Assembly: GCA_000091205.1 (NCBI GenBank) | Contig: AP006499.2 | Reading direction: 5' to 3' (one strand) | Source of the DNA: Cyanidioschyzon merolae | Lineage: Eukaryota | Length of the DNA: 64,000 bases | Part shown: positions 22,001 to 32,294 of the stretch, in pieces | Numbering within the stretch: the first letter of the stretch is position 1 | Layout: each line of letters begins with the position of its first letter | Made by a program: the position numbers and the translations under genes | The notes under the pieces: generated by a model | Database searches by the model: none | What the model was told of the DNA's origin: nothing | Seen by the model: the letters and a program-made list of their open reading frames with translations, nothing else

Positions 22001-23351
22001 CTTTGAGGCTGTGCAGATGCTCCAGGATCGCCAGCAGGTGCTTGCGTATCATGATCGTTCCGATGGTGGCTTGTTGGTTGCGCTTCTGGAAATGGCGTTT
22101 GCCGGCAACTGCGGCCTTGACCTGCTGGTGGATGCCCAGGACGTTGGCGAGCTTTTCGCCGAAGAGGTTGGGATGCTGGTGGAGATCGCCGCCTCCGATG
22201 CGCCCTCGGTGCTGGAGTGGCTACGCTCCCTGGACTCGCGAAGGCCGCTCCCGTGTCGACTGGTTGCCCGAACCCGTCGCGACACGCAGCTGCATTTTCG
22301 TGCAGGTGCTGCTGCTGCTGCTGCTGCTGCACTAGAGCGTCAGCCGTTGCTGGATCTGGAAGTACGCTTCGCTGCGCACTTGTCCGCGGATATGCGCGAC
22401 TTGCGGGCGCTCTGGGAGGAAACGTCCTTCCAACTGGAGGCGCTGCAAGCGAACCCCATTTGCGTGGAGGCCGAACGTCAGGCCTGTTACGATCGCCGGG
22501 GCCTCACATACGTCGTCCCGTATACAACCGAGCCAACGAATCTGCAAAACTATCCACGTACACAGCTCTCACCGCCACGAGTAATGATTTTGCGTGAGGA
22601 GGGCTCCAATGGCGATCGTGAGATGGCAGCAGCGTTTCAGCTGGCGGGCTTCGAGGTGCACGACGCCACCATGCGCGACATTCTTGCTCGTCGCGTTACT
22701 CTCGATGCTTTTCAGGGTATTGCGTTTGTAGGTGGCTTCAGTTTCGCGGATGTCCTCGGTTCAGCGAAAGGCTGGGCGGGTGTCATTCGTTTGCGTTCTG
22801 AGGTGGCTGCGCAGTTCGAGCGCTTTCGGCATCGACCGGATACGTTTTCGCTCGGCGTTTGCAACGGTTGTCAGCTGATGGCGCTGCTCGGCTGGGTACC
22901 GGGGCGTTTCGTACGAAACGAGTCGGAACGATTTGAGTCACGCTTCAGCTTGGTACGTATTAATCCGGATCATCCATCCATCATGTTACGAGGTATGGAG
23001 AACGCAGTTCTTGGTGTATGGGTCTCGCATGGCGAAGGTCGGGCAATCTTCCCGGCTGGTGATCGACCGTCCGTTATCCCCATGCAATATGCGGACGATC
23101 TTGGTCGTGCGGTCTCAGTTACCGACAAGAATCGTGGCTACCCGTTCTGTCCGAATGGGAGTGTGGAAGCCGTCGCGGCGGTTGTGAGTGCCGACGGGCG
23201 GCACCTGGCCATGATGCCGCATCCGGAACGGACCATACATCTATGGAACTGGGCGCATCTGCCGGAGGATTATCGTCGTAAGTGGAAGGTATCGCCGTGG
23301 TTGCGTCTTTTCCAGAACGCGCGACAATGGTGCGAGGAGCTTGCCAGCTGA
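19020..23351 (+). CDS. PFAS: phosphoribosylformylglycinamidine (FGAM) synthase, large eukaryotic type with C-terminal glutamine amidotransferase domain
   Basis: 1443 aa single ORF with ATG start. Motifs FAGAETGAGGRIRD, HDQGAGGNCNVVKE, GKDSVSM. C-terminal GATase (GVCNGCQLMALLGW, HPER). Conserved N-terminus (IIRFYRY...) begins about 100 aa into the ORF. Internal poly-Ala insert. Confidence 0.9.
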   Translation: MKPALPVSAEALSFVQTFNLANSNMLLGFVTSPWCGTNTRWQGFGLHKRACRASSAHCVQRRTAKRAHWRCVDAAPVSERPDQESSQPISQIIRFYRYLGLDPLAMSAAKVAYRQAATYMGLLPEPIPSFSVEREDCFYVLWDTKAGDITETELGALRWLLSETFEPERFREGVPFLNQRVLEFGPRLNFQTAWSSNAVSICQACGLRNVRRIERSRRYFLEPEVPSNALAGEAHQILSSTHFQDALFERLHDRMTEQLYKEPLRSLDTHMKPADVYRIPLLQEGEGALRRASEELGLSFDDWDIHYYAQMFRELGRDPTNVELYDIAQSNSEHSRHWLFRGIVVIDGHEMPYSLMDLVREPLRRHPGNSVLAFCDNASTIRGLGPVPVLIPSRPDAPSPYLLHDMDYDALMTAETHNFPSGVAPFAGAETGAGGRIRDTAATGRGSLVIAGTAGYSVGNLQIPGYPLPWEDGSFAYPENLESPLNICIQASNGASDYGNKFGEPLIQGFCRSFGLRVLSQNQRREYVKPIMFSGGVGMMDHQHAHKQAPECGMLVVKVGGPAYRIGLGGGAASSMLQGENQSHLDFDAVQRGDAEMEQRTYRVLRACVELGPNNPIVSLHDQGAGGNCNVVKELIYPLGARIDVRRVILGDQSLSVLEIWVAEYQEQFGLLLRPSSLPCFEKLCERENVPLAVLGEIDGSGRITLYDSLRDEVVVDLDLERVLGKLPRKVFRDSRASRTRPTPLALPFLNASTLRTESPAELLRILDRMLRLVSVGSKRFLTTKVDRSVTGLIARQQTVGPVQLPLADVAVVAQSHFSTYGTAIAIGEQCVKALISPAAMARMAVAEMLTNMAGARISAFTDIKCEGNWMAAGKLPGELVDMYEAAEALSDTLTTLGIGIDGGKDSVSMAARCPGERDPVRAPLTLVLSGYAPVPDVMQVLTPDLKRPGESVIILIDPSRGARRLGGSALAQVYGQVGDSCPDLDDPVLLRQAFEAVQMLQDRQQVLAYHDRSDGGLLVALLEMAFAGNCGLDLLVDAQDVGELFAEEVGMLVEIAASDAPSVLEWLRSLDSRRPLPCRLVARTRRDTQLHFRAGAAAAAAAALERQPLLDLEVRFAAHLSADMRDLRALWEETSFQLEALQANPICVEAERQACYDRRGLTYVVPYTTEPTNLQNYPRTQLSPPRVMILREEGSNGDREMAAAFQLAGFEVHDATMRDILARRVTLDAFQGIAFVGGFSFADVLGSAKGWAGVIRLRSEVAAQFERFRHRPDTFSLGVCNGCQLMALLGWVPGRFVRNESERFESRFSLVRINPDHPSIMLRGMENAVLGVWVSHGEGRAIFPAGDRPSVIPMQYADDLGRAVSVTDKNRGYPFCPNGSVEAVAAVVSADGRHLAMMPHPERTIHLWNWAHLPEDYRRKWKVSPWLRLFQNARQWCEELAS
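22308..22330. repeat. (GCT)n microsatellite inside FGAM synthase CDS (poly-Ala insert RAGAAAAAAAALE)
   Basis: gctgctgctgctgctgctgctgc read directly. Confidence 0.9.
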
Positions 23352-24752
23352 TCGCACCGAGGTACGCTCGAAGGCGGTTCACCTGGTGCGCTTTCGGATG
23401 CTACTCGAGGATGCAAACGGAGACGCAACGAGTAGCCCGCTTGTCGCTGCCGCCGCCGCTGCTGCTGCTGCTTCTGCTGGTTGTGGTGGATAGGGTGATG
23501 GTCATGGTGCGCACGCGCTTACGTTTCAAACGTTGCTGAGAGCTGCACCCTAAAGAGCGCCGCTGTTGCTACGATCTTCTTGGCTTCGGGGTGTGAGCGT
23601 GCAAGCCGCACTGCGTATCGCGATGCGTCCCGCTGGACACCACAGACATCAGGAGGCCGCGAGTCGATATACTTAGTGGTATGACAAAGCCGTTCTTTCT
23701 CCGTGCTACGCTCGTACGCGTGCTGCAGCACGAATGCAGATGCTCATGGACGATGCGGGGTAGGGTAAAACCCACGACACCATCAGCATCATCGACAGGA
23801 GGTCTGGGTCATGAAAGTTGGGAAACAGGGCGTAGAATGCTGCTGGGCGCTTTCCCGGATGCCGATATTCACCACGCAGCCACGAGAATACCTGGTCGAC
23901 GTAAATATTCTGTTGATCGGAGAAAACAATACCAGCGTCCTCTGCCCGGCTTGTCGCCGGTATGCACCCATCGAGGAGCGTGTGATTCGGTGGAACGACC
24001 CCAGACACCTGAAGCAATGACCCGGGATGAACGCTCGAAGCTTGCCTGGGCCTTGGAAGCGCACTCGTGCCCTGGAGTCAGCATCGATACGAAGAAGAGC
24101 GCTGCATTGCCCGACTGATTATGTTGCGGCATTCGCAGCAGACGATGATTCCTGTGCGCTTCGTTGCTTATGGATTATCTGGTTCCTTTTTTCAGTGGTG
24201 ACATGCTTAGCGAGTGGCAAGGTATGGTCAGCGCTGACTGCACATCACACGGCTGCATTGCCGGATTGGAAATACATCCAAGAGCGGCATGCTCATTCAT
24301 GTTAGCCGGCTGGAAGAAACGCATGGAACACGCAGACGCGCGTGTGCGTCTCCTGAAACACTGCAGCAAACCGCAGCAGCTTCATGATGATCCAAGAAGC
24401 AAGCAAAATACCTGGCATGCTGTTGAGCGCTGAGCGCTCTGACGCACGAAATACCACGTGCTTGGATCGCACACCGAAGGTGTCATGATAAAGCGATGCG
24501 TCGTGGGGTATTCACCGAGTTGTCGATTTCTGTGCGAGCAATATCCGGAGCACTTGCTTTTTTCGAATTTATATATAACGATGCGGGGTCGAGTATGCGA
24601 TACACACGCTTTGTTCATGGATGCTCGCTTGCGGGGCAAGTCATGTTTGGTGTGCGTCGTGCGCACGACGCTGGCGGTTGCTAACCTGTCTGTGTGGCGA
24701 GGTATCGTCGCTGTCCGCCAGATACGTGGATCGCGATGCCGTAACGCCCTCG

Positions 24753-25127
24753 GAAGCACGTTTCGTAGGTGCTCAGCCCTATTGAATGATGATGTATCAT
24801 GAGCGTTCATGCAGAAAGCACGTTTCGTAGGTGCTCAGTCCTATTGAATGATGCAGTATCATGAGCGTTCGTGCAGAAAGCACGTTTCGTAGGTGCGCAG
24901 CCCTATTGAATGATGAAGTATCATGAGCGTTCATGCAGAAAGCACGTTTCGTAGGTGCTCAGCCCTATTGAATGATGCAGTATCATGAGCGTTCATGCAG
25001 AAAGCACGTTTCGTAGGTGCTCAGTCCTATTGAATGATGCAGTATCATGAGCGTTCGTGCAGAAAGCACGTTTCGTAGGTGCTCAGTCCTATTGAATGAT
25101 GCAGTATCATGAGCGTTCGTGCAGTGC
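24753..25127. repeat. minisatellite, 62-bp unit x about 6 copies
   Basis: Unit gcacgtttcgtaggtgctcagccctattgaatgatgcagtatcatgagcgttcatgcagaaa. The anchor 'gcacg' recurs at 24756, 24818, 24880, 24942, 25004, 25066 (period exactly 62). A few point differences between copies. Confidence 0.9.
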
Positions 25128-28100
25128 CCAGGCTGTCCGTTTCCTGAGTCTCGACGCGACGCAACTGCCGTGCTGGATTGCTGATCCGTTCGACTCTAGT
25201 GCCTGGTTCCAGACTTCAAGAATTCCCGCTCTTCACTGATGTTTTGTCATCGAAAGTCGTTACCGATTCAGCCCAGTATCCACTTTGAATACGAAATGAT
25301 TCCCTCGAATGGTCGCTCTCGATACAAAGTTGCTGGATGCTCCCGGAGCACGGAATATTCCCGGATATGTTGATCGGAGCGCTCTTGTCGTGATGCAGAA
25401 TGTGCTTATGTGGATGATTGCTGGTGCCAGCACAACATGGCAAGCCTCTCATCATCGATTATCTCCCTGTCTGGCACTCGGTCGGCTCACCGTAGACCAC
25501 CCGGTGTGTCGGGCTGTGTTCCAATTTCTTTTTCTCCAGCAGTTTCAGCGTGCACTCGAGCGCCTCGCATCTGTACTGCATCATGAACGCATCCATGAGA
25601 ATCTTCTGGAATCGATTCCTGCATCCGCTCGACGCGCTCTTCGAAGGGCCACTGGTGCAACCGATGTTTGCTATAGAGTGCCCATCGCCAGAAGCTACCA
25701 ACAACGGTCGACACGACTAGCAGGTCATTTTCTTTTGCAAGTCCTCAAACAAAAAGTGGTGAATGCGCGCTTCTTGCTTCCGTGGAGCGTAAATCGTTGG
25801 CGGCTTCAGTTGCGTTTGGCGTGCCCTTGGTCGAGATCGTCCGCAAGAGCCGTTTGGACGCGTATGCACGCTCTCGTAAAATAGAGCGTACAAAGCATCC
25901 GCCGCTGCACACTCGGGTGCGTCGAGCAGCGAGCTTATTCCTCATGCCGTCATTCCAAGTGTTGGTATGTGTCCAGGAGTCTGCCATGCGCGAGGTTTGG
26001 CGATCACGTGCCCTGGAACAGTTAAGCGGTATCACGTTCCTTCCTCTTGAGGTCTTTGGTTGCGTCTTCGTGATCTAAACGCACAGCAACTGCGACGATG
26101 TTCTTAAACTCAAGAAGCCCGCTCACCAGAGAATCTTTCTACCTTGAACGGTAACCAGTGGGTTGCTTTGTGTCACGTATGCCAGTGCTTCCCAAAAAGC
26201 GCATGCAGACTGGTATTCCATTGGTCTGCACCATCCTGATAAACTGCTTCCTGTTCCTTGCTGTAACCGAGATACCTTGAACGAACGCCACCAATGCTCT
26301 TCACAATAATATCCCTGAGCTTCATGCATGCTCCTAGGGACCAGCCGTCGCTCACTAAGGAGGCGACACCGCACAGCGCAGTACAGAAGTACATACGGTG
26401 ATGTCATGGACTTGGATCTGAAATGTAGGGACTCAGTTACGGGGATACTTTGGGATGCCTGGGCGCTCGCATATGGAGGCTAGGACCATTTTGCTCTGAT
26501 TTTGAAGCTTACGATTCAGGTTTAGGTAGCAGGGCAAGATGCAAGGAAGGCAGGCATCACCTGGCAAGTATCCTATGGGTACAGCGTCCGTCGATGCGAG
26601 GCTATGAACTACCCGATGCGCGTGGACGGTGAGAAACGACGCTCGCTCTGGTAAAGAGGTCACTTTCGAACTCGCTACCACCTCGAGCTCTTCCGTCGCA
26701 ACTTGCGCATTATTCGGCTTCATCGCCACCCGAAGAACCCGTTGCAAAACTTCACATTGTTCTTGCCTACGAAGACGAGGCCACCAAGGGCGCAACGCTG
26801 ACAGCGTGCGCTTCGTGAAGCGCTCGAAATTGACCCGCATCTGTCCTTGGTGTTGATGTTGTTCTTGTACTTTTTCGTATCGTAATTGGAGATACTCCGA
26901 TTGGCGTCACGATGCGACCATACGACAAGCTATTCAGGGCGACACGAGCACGACTCTACGATGCTATGATCAGGCTGTACTGCATTCCGCGTCCCGCGAG
27001 TCAGTTGTGTTGTCGGATGCGGGTTTCGTTGAAGATTTCTCGCGTTATGTGGGTATCATTCAGTTCTGTGTCAGGAAATGCTGCGAATCGTTGTTTGGCG
27101 AGCTGTTCCATGGCGAGACAAACTGGGTGAGCCTTCTTCGATCGAGAAGCTACGCGACATGTGATGATGTCATGCATTCCACGTTTAGGAAGATGCTCCC
27201 GGTTGATGTGTTTGAATAAGAAGACATTGACAAAGGTTTCAGACTGATCTCCGCAATGCGGCAGGTTCTCCTGTCCTATGCCTCCGCGGTTCGTTTTCAT
27301 AAGGATCCTCCTCTTCCATCACAAGTGATCCCTTTTTCTCTTTCGCTTGGCGGCGTAGCATAGATATGATCGCTAGACACCATATCGGGTTATTTTTCGA
27401 GCGATTCAGACGCACTGGGCGGACAGTGCCACTGAAACCCGCATTTCGTATGCATATATATAGATATGTAGTATACCCTACGAAGCTTGCCGTCACCTTT
27501 CCGGTCGCGAGCACGCCCACGGACTGAAGCGCACTTCTGCGGTTCCTCACCTGCTCGGGCAGACGACCGACCCAGCAGAGCAGAGCTCATGAAATTAGAG
27601 AAGCAATTGCCCAAGAACTGCGTTACGGATGCAATCAACTCGATGATCGATGCAAGAGCATCAATGGTGCATGTGACAACAGCGAAAACGCTTTCAACTG
27701 GATTGAGTCGTAGAGAGTACGCTGGGAAGCTGTGTCGGTTTAACGCCAACCTCAGCTGCATGCTCTTTGACCTCTTCTGCGTGATAGGAAACGATGAAAA
27801 CCATGAAGAGTTCGGAAGAACTCGGTAATGGGCATTCACGAAGCGGTTCCCGACGAAGATTTTGCCGTTGAACGATCCTAATCGTTGAAGGCTATCTAGG
27901 CGACCACACTGGTGATCCGCTAACTGGGCCGCTGTTGTCGGCATGCTCGCGTGCCTCTTCTTCACGAAAAGTGATTTGTTTTCTGTTTGAGTTCTCGCAT
28001 ACAGGTCAACCTTCTCATCCCTGTAAAGTCGTATCGAGTGAGACGAGCATGTATCCCTCTTGCAACAAGCGTTCGTTAGTCTGTACGCATTCAACAGAGT

Positions 28101-28682
28101 GCTTTTCAGCTTACGACACTCCCCTGTTGAAGCGCGTGTTTTTCCTTCCCGTTTTCGCGTCGCTTCATCACACATCGTGTCTACGGAATGGAAACCTCGC
28201 ATCTAGGAGCTTCTTTGATGTTACCTATTAGAGCACGTATCGAAAGGAATGCGTTCACCAGGAAACAGTCGTCTACATAGAGTTTGCCCTGCTCTGTTTC
28301 CAATGCACGCCGAACACGATAAGCTCCATGAGGGGCGTGGTTCATCTACCTGCTGATCATAGAAGAGATGACGTCGACAAGAAAGCTCGTTGGTCTCCAA
28401 GCAAACCGTTATTGCATAGAGTGTCACCGCGAACTTTCTCCACTCTAAAAGATGCATTCCGTAGTTGAATACCTGCGAGAAAGAACAAACGCAAACATCA
28501 ATGTCTATCTGGCACAGGCATGCCAGAATTCCGGGCCCTCAGCACACCACTTCCTGGTTTTCCTCGTGTTGAGGGATTTCCGCCAGCGTCCTTCTGCGGG
28601 GCTTGACGCGACAGCAGAGAGCCGCTTTTCTCGGAGCAGAGTTTGAACGAGAGCGCGTACCTATAGGTTTAGGGTGAACTGG

Positions 28683-31496
28683 ATCATGAACGAACACACA
28701 GAGAGCGACACGGCGCGTGCATGCCCTGTTCCAGGAGCACTGGATCCGCCACCACGGGCGACGGCTCCGACCGCCTTCAACGAAACAGCACCAGAGAGCA
28801 CAGCTTCAGGAACACTAGGGTGGGAAGTTGCCGAGCGGGAAAGCCATCCGATTGGTGAAAGCTCCAGTCGTCGCAAATCTGCAACGCTGAGTGGGTGGTC
28901 TCTGATGAACTTGGACGCGCGACATATGCAGTGGCGACGCGAATGCTTACCGCTTCTCTACGATTGGTTTCTATGCTGGCCAATGGTGTGGGTCCTTGGC
29001 GGCGTCCAGTGGGGCCCGCGTCTACAGGTGCTACGAGCGTTTCTAGCGGACGACCCGGGAACGGGCACGGCTGGCCCGCTCATAGCAGCGAATGCAACCG
29101 AGACAACCGACTCATCCGAGCTTCCAAGCACCAAGCGACGCTCAGCCAAGTCTTTCGGTATTAGACTGGAACCGATTTCCCGACTTGATCAGAGCACTTT
29201 TGAACGCCAGGAACTATACTTCAGCGAGCGCACTGGACCTACCGTTCCCGATGCACCGTCCGAGCCGAACACGCTTCTCGTCGCTGAGTGTTGTATCGCG
29301 CGGGAGAACTTCATGCGCGCTTCCGACATCGGCAATGCCTGGAATACGGATCTTTATTCGAGTTGTGGCAGCGGGTCCGGCGCTCATGACGTCCCTCTTG
29401 CGGAGAGAGCAGCATCAGCTCGACGAGCACGAGAGCATCGCGAGCACACCCTGCGCTGTCGTCTGGAGGAACTGGAAGAGCAAGCACGCGCTGCTAAGGA
29501 TGCACTGGTAGCAGCGGGTATCCACACGAATCACTCGAGCGAGGACGTATCGGGATCGATGGTGTCCTCAAACGGCGGTGTATGTGCTCAGGCGCGGGCG
29601 GTACTGGAAGCCTTCGCCGAGCTCTTGCGCTTGCCCGAGTGCGAGCGTCTGGTGCGGTCGACTTCTGAACAGGTTTATCAGGAGTTGTACGATGCAGTGA
29701 TTGGTAAATGCGCGTCTGAGAATGCGCTGCAAGCGAGCGTAACTAGTGGGTATTCGCTGGAGGCTCTGCGGACCAAAAGAGCACAGCAAAGCCGCTTCCA
29801 CAATCCGATGCTTCCGTTCCATACAAGGGTGCCGCACGGCATCTCGATAGCCGTACCGATTGCCAACATGCGTCGGAAAGGGGTGCTACCGTCGACGATG
29901 CCGTCACCGGAACTGAACGAGGGTCATCGCGGTCCAGAGACGGAAAGTCTGAGTAGCCAGTCGGGTCCTCTTCGCGACAGCGTTCGCCTCGACTACGACG
30001 AATATCTGGGTGAGGTGATCAACTTGACTCCAGAGGAGTTCGATGACAACAATGTTCCGGTGGGGTCGCGTCGTGACGGCCTCAGCGGCATGGGGGGCAT
30101 TTACGTGGTCAACGAGGATGGAAGTTCCGGCTGTTGGGCTCGTGACTCGAGCGCATTCACGGGGGGTATTGTCGTACGTCGCCGACGTCGAGCAAATGCG
30201 TCTAATGCGTTTGGTGCTGCTGCTAGTGCTGCTGGTGCTGCAGCTGCGACTGAGGAGCACTCACAACACGCTCAAGACAACGGGGTTCGAGTCTTCTACG
30301 ATGAGTTTCGGGTGCGGAAACGACTTATCCATCCGGGGGAAGTCAATCGAATTCGGTACCTGGGGATGACATTCGATCCAAACGTGAATCACGAGGACTG
30401 CTTTCCGGCCGATGCTCTCGAGGACGATGTGGAATCGGAACCGGTTCAGACGACACAGTGTGCGCGCTGGATCGTCACCCATACCGATGCACCTGAGCTG
30501 ATGGTCTGGAATGTGAACGAGCAGGTTCACCGACCCGATAACGACAAGTTACGTCCAAACGTACCTGATCTCGTGCTGGTTGGCCACACATCGGAGGCGC
30601 CCTACGCCATCGATACAACCTTTGGCGGGGACGTATTTCCAGACGCTTTTCTGGTGGCTTCAGGCGGCTCCGATCATCAGGTTCTAGTCTGGCGCCTAAC
30701 ATCCGACCTGTTGCTGGAGTCGCGCGAACAGAAACGTGCAACCGTCACCGACACCATCGACGATCTCAGCGGTTCGCTTCATCCGGTAAGGCATGCAGCG
30801 CGCTACACAATGAACGTAGCACCGACGCATCGTCTGTTCGGTCATTCGGCAACGGTGGAAGATGTTTGTTTTCATCCAATTAACCCCAGTCTACTGGCAT
30901 CCTGTGGGGATGACGGGTGCCTGTTGTTGTGGGATTTGCGCGCCCCGCCACGACCTATCGGGGGCGTCCGTCGTGCGCACGCTGGCGACGTGAACTGCCT
31001 GGACTGGTCGCGAGATCGTAACGCCCGCTACATGATAACCGGTGGCGAGGACGGTGTTGTACGACTCTGGGATACGCGTGCGATGAGCAGTTGGGCTATT
31101 GAGGGCACACTGCATCGAAAGAGCCAACCCGCAGAGCCGCTCTATGAATTCATGGCGGATGATCGGTTTGGTGGTGCTGTGTCCTGTGTTCAGTGGAATC
31201 CGCTGGATCCACGCTACTTCCTGTCCGCTGCGGAGACCGAGGTCATTGTCTGGGATACCGAAACAATGGATATTCTGTTCAGGCATGCTGGCCATCGAAC
31301 TCGAATCCAGGAGGCGTACTGGAATCCGTACATTCCATGGGTAATCATGACGACGAGTGAGGCTGGCGAGAGTGAGGCCGACGGCACACCCAGCATGGTT
31401 AGTCTGTGGCGTGTCCTTGATCTCGTCCATATGCACGATGCACAAGTGGCGGCAGAGTTCGATGTGTGGCAGAACACGGTGGCTCAGTCGGTTTAG
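28683..31496 (+). CDS. RbAp48/MSI1/CAF-1 subunit C-like WD40 histone-binding protein with large low-complexity insertions (938 aa)
   Basis: N-terminal helix/WD1 signature LLYDWFLCWPMVWVLGGVQW (cf. LYDLVMTHALEWPSLTVQW). C-terminal WD repeats with family signature LFGHSATVEDVCFHP, LLLWDLRA, VRLWDTRA. Track ORF starts at GTG 28674; first ATG is at 28683. Confidence 0.6.
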   Translation: MMNEHTESDTARACPVPGALDPPPRATAPTAFNETAPESTASGTLGWEVAERESHPIGESSSRRKSATLSGWSLMNLDARHMQWRRECLPLLYDWFLCWPMVWVLGGVQWGPRLQVLRAFLADDPGTGTAGPLIAANATETTDSSELPSTKRRSAKSFGIRLEPISRLDQSTFERQELYFSERTGPTVPDAPSEPNTLLVAECCIARENFMRASDIGNAWNTDLYSSCGSGSGAHDVPLAERAASARRAREHREHTLRCRLEELEEQARAAKDALVAAGIHTNHSSEDVSGSMVSSNGGVCAQARAVLEAFAELLRLPECERLVRSTSEQVYQELYDAVIGKCASENALQASVTSGYSLEALRTKRAQQSRFHNPMLPFHTRVPHGISIAVPIANMRRKGVLPSTMPSPELNEGHRGPETESLSSQSGPLRDSVRLDYDEYLGEVINLTPEEFDDNNVPVGSRRDGLSGMGGIYVVNEDGSSGCWARDSSAFTGGIVVRRRRRANASNAFGAAASAAGAAAATEEHSQHAQDNGVRVFYDEFRVRKRLIHPGEVNRIRYLGMTFDPNVNHEDCFPADALEDDVESEPVQTTQCARWIVTHTDAPELMVWNVNEQVHRPDNDKLRPNVPDLVLVGHTSEAPYAIDTTFGGDVFPDAFLVASGGSDHQVLVWRLTSDLLLESREQKRATVTDTIDDLSGSLHPVRHAARYTMNVAPTHRLFGHSATVEDVCFHPINPSLLASCGDDGCLLLWDLRAPPRPIGGVRRAHAGDVNCLDWSRDRNARYMITGGEDGVVRLWDTRAMSSWAIEGTLHRKSQPAEPLYEFMADDRFGGAVSCVQWNPLDPRYFLSAAETEVIVWDTETMDILFRHAGHRTRIQEAYWNPYIPWVIMTTSEAGESEADGTPSMVSLWRVLDLVHMHDAQVAAEFDVWQNTVAQSV

Positions 31497-31871
31497 ACGT
31501 GCACTGGGGATTGGTAAAGCGATCTGAAATACGCTTGCTTTCGTCCATGAATGCGTAGAACGGGGTGAGCGGTACTGCCTAAGCGCATGAACTTTGCGAA
31601 AAGTATTGAGCAAGTACACCTGGAATAAGACCGCATCGGAGGCAAGGTAGTGTGTTCGTGTGCGCGAAGTCGCATTCTTTTCCTACGATGTATTGCGTAT
31701 ACGTAGCGTCCATAGCTCATCCTCAGGCAAGGATGCGTCACTTGTCCTGAACCCCAGCATACCGAAAGCCTCTGGACGGTGTCGGTTGCGGTGTCTCGAA
31801 TCGGTAGAGAAGCATCGAAAGGCGTCAGGCAGCATGCGTACACATAATCGCGAGCTCTTCCGGTTGCTACG

Positions 31872-32090
31872 TTCGCTGTACTTGCATCTATTGGGTATTT
31901 CTATCCAATGTCAGGCAGCATTGCAGCTCAGTATCGTCATAGCGACTCTACTTGCATCCATTGGGTATTTCTATCCAAGGTCAGGCAGCATTGCAGCTCA
32001 GTATCGTCATCTCGACTGTACTTGCATCCATTGGGGGAACCCTATGCGATATACGGCAGCATTGCAGCCCAGTATCGTCATCCCTGGAAT
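31872..32090. repeat. minisatellite, 70-bp unit x about 3 copies
   Basis: 'cttgcatcca' recurs at 31881, 31951, 32021 (period 70). Unit cttgcatccattgggtatttctatccaaggtcaggcagcattgcagctcagtatcgtcatctcgactgta. The third copy is diverged. Confidence 0.85.
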
Positions 32091-32294
32091 ATTTGTACAT
32101 TTCTCCCTTCCGTAGCAGGCGCATTCGCATACGCCCAACACCAGCTCGAGTACGCAAAACCGGACTGCAATCGTGCAGTGGTGCACACCCTTTGAAAGCT
32201 TCGCACGCTCTTGAAACAGTCTTGTGTAGCGCTCTGATGCAGAAGGTTCCCAACGTCGAATTCTAGCATCCCGCGTTCCACTAGTCCTTGTAGA

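Noticed and set aside
24753-25127. CRISPR-like array interpretation of the 62-bp, 70-bp, 71-bp and 88-bp tandem repeats
   Set aside because: Units are contiguous with no unique spacers. Unit lengths and imperfect copies are typical of eukaryotic minisatellites. The genomic context is eukaryotic, with no cas genes.
31660-32266. Overlapping ORFs 31660..32115, 31908..32195, 31952..32266
   Set aside because: Artefacts of the 70-bp minisatellite, with the same peptide reappearing in shifted frames.
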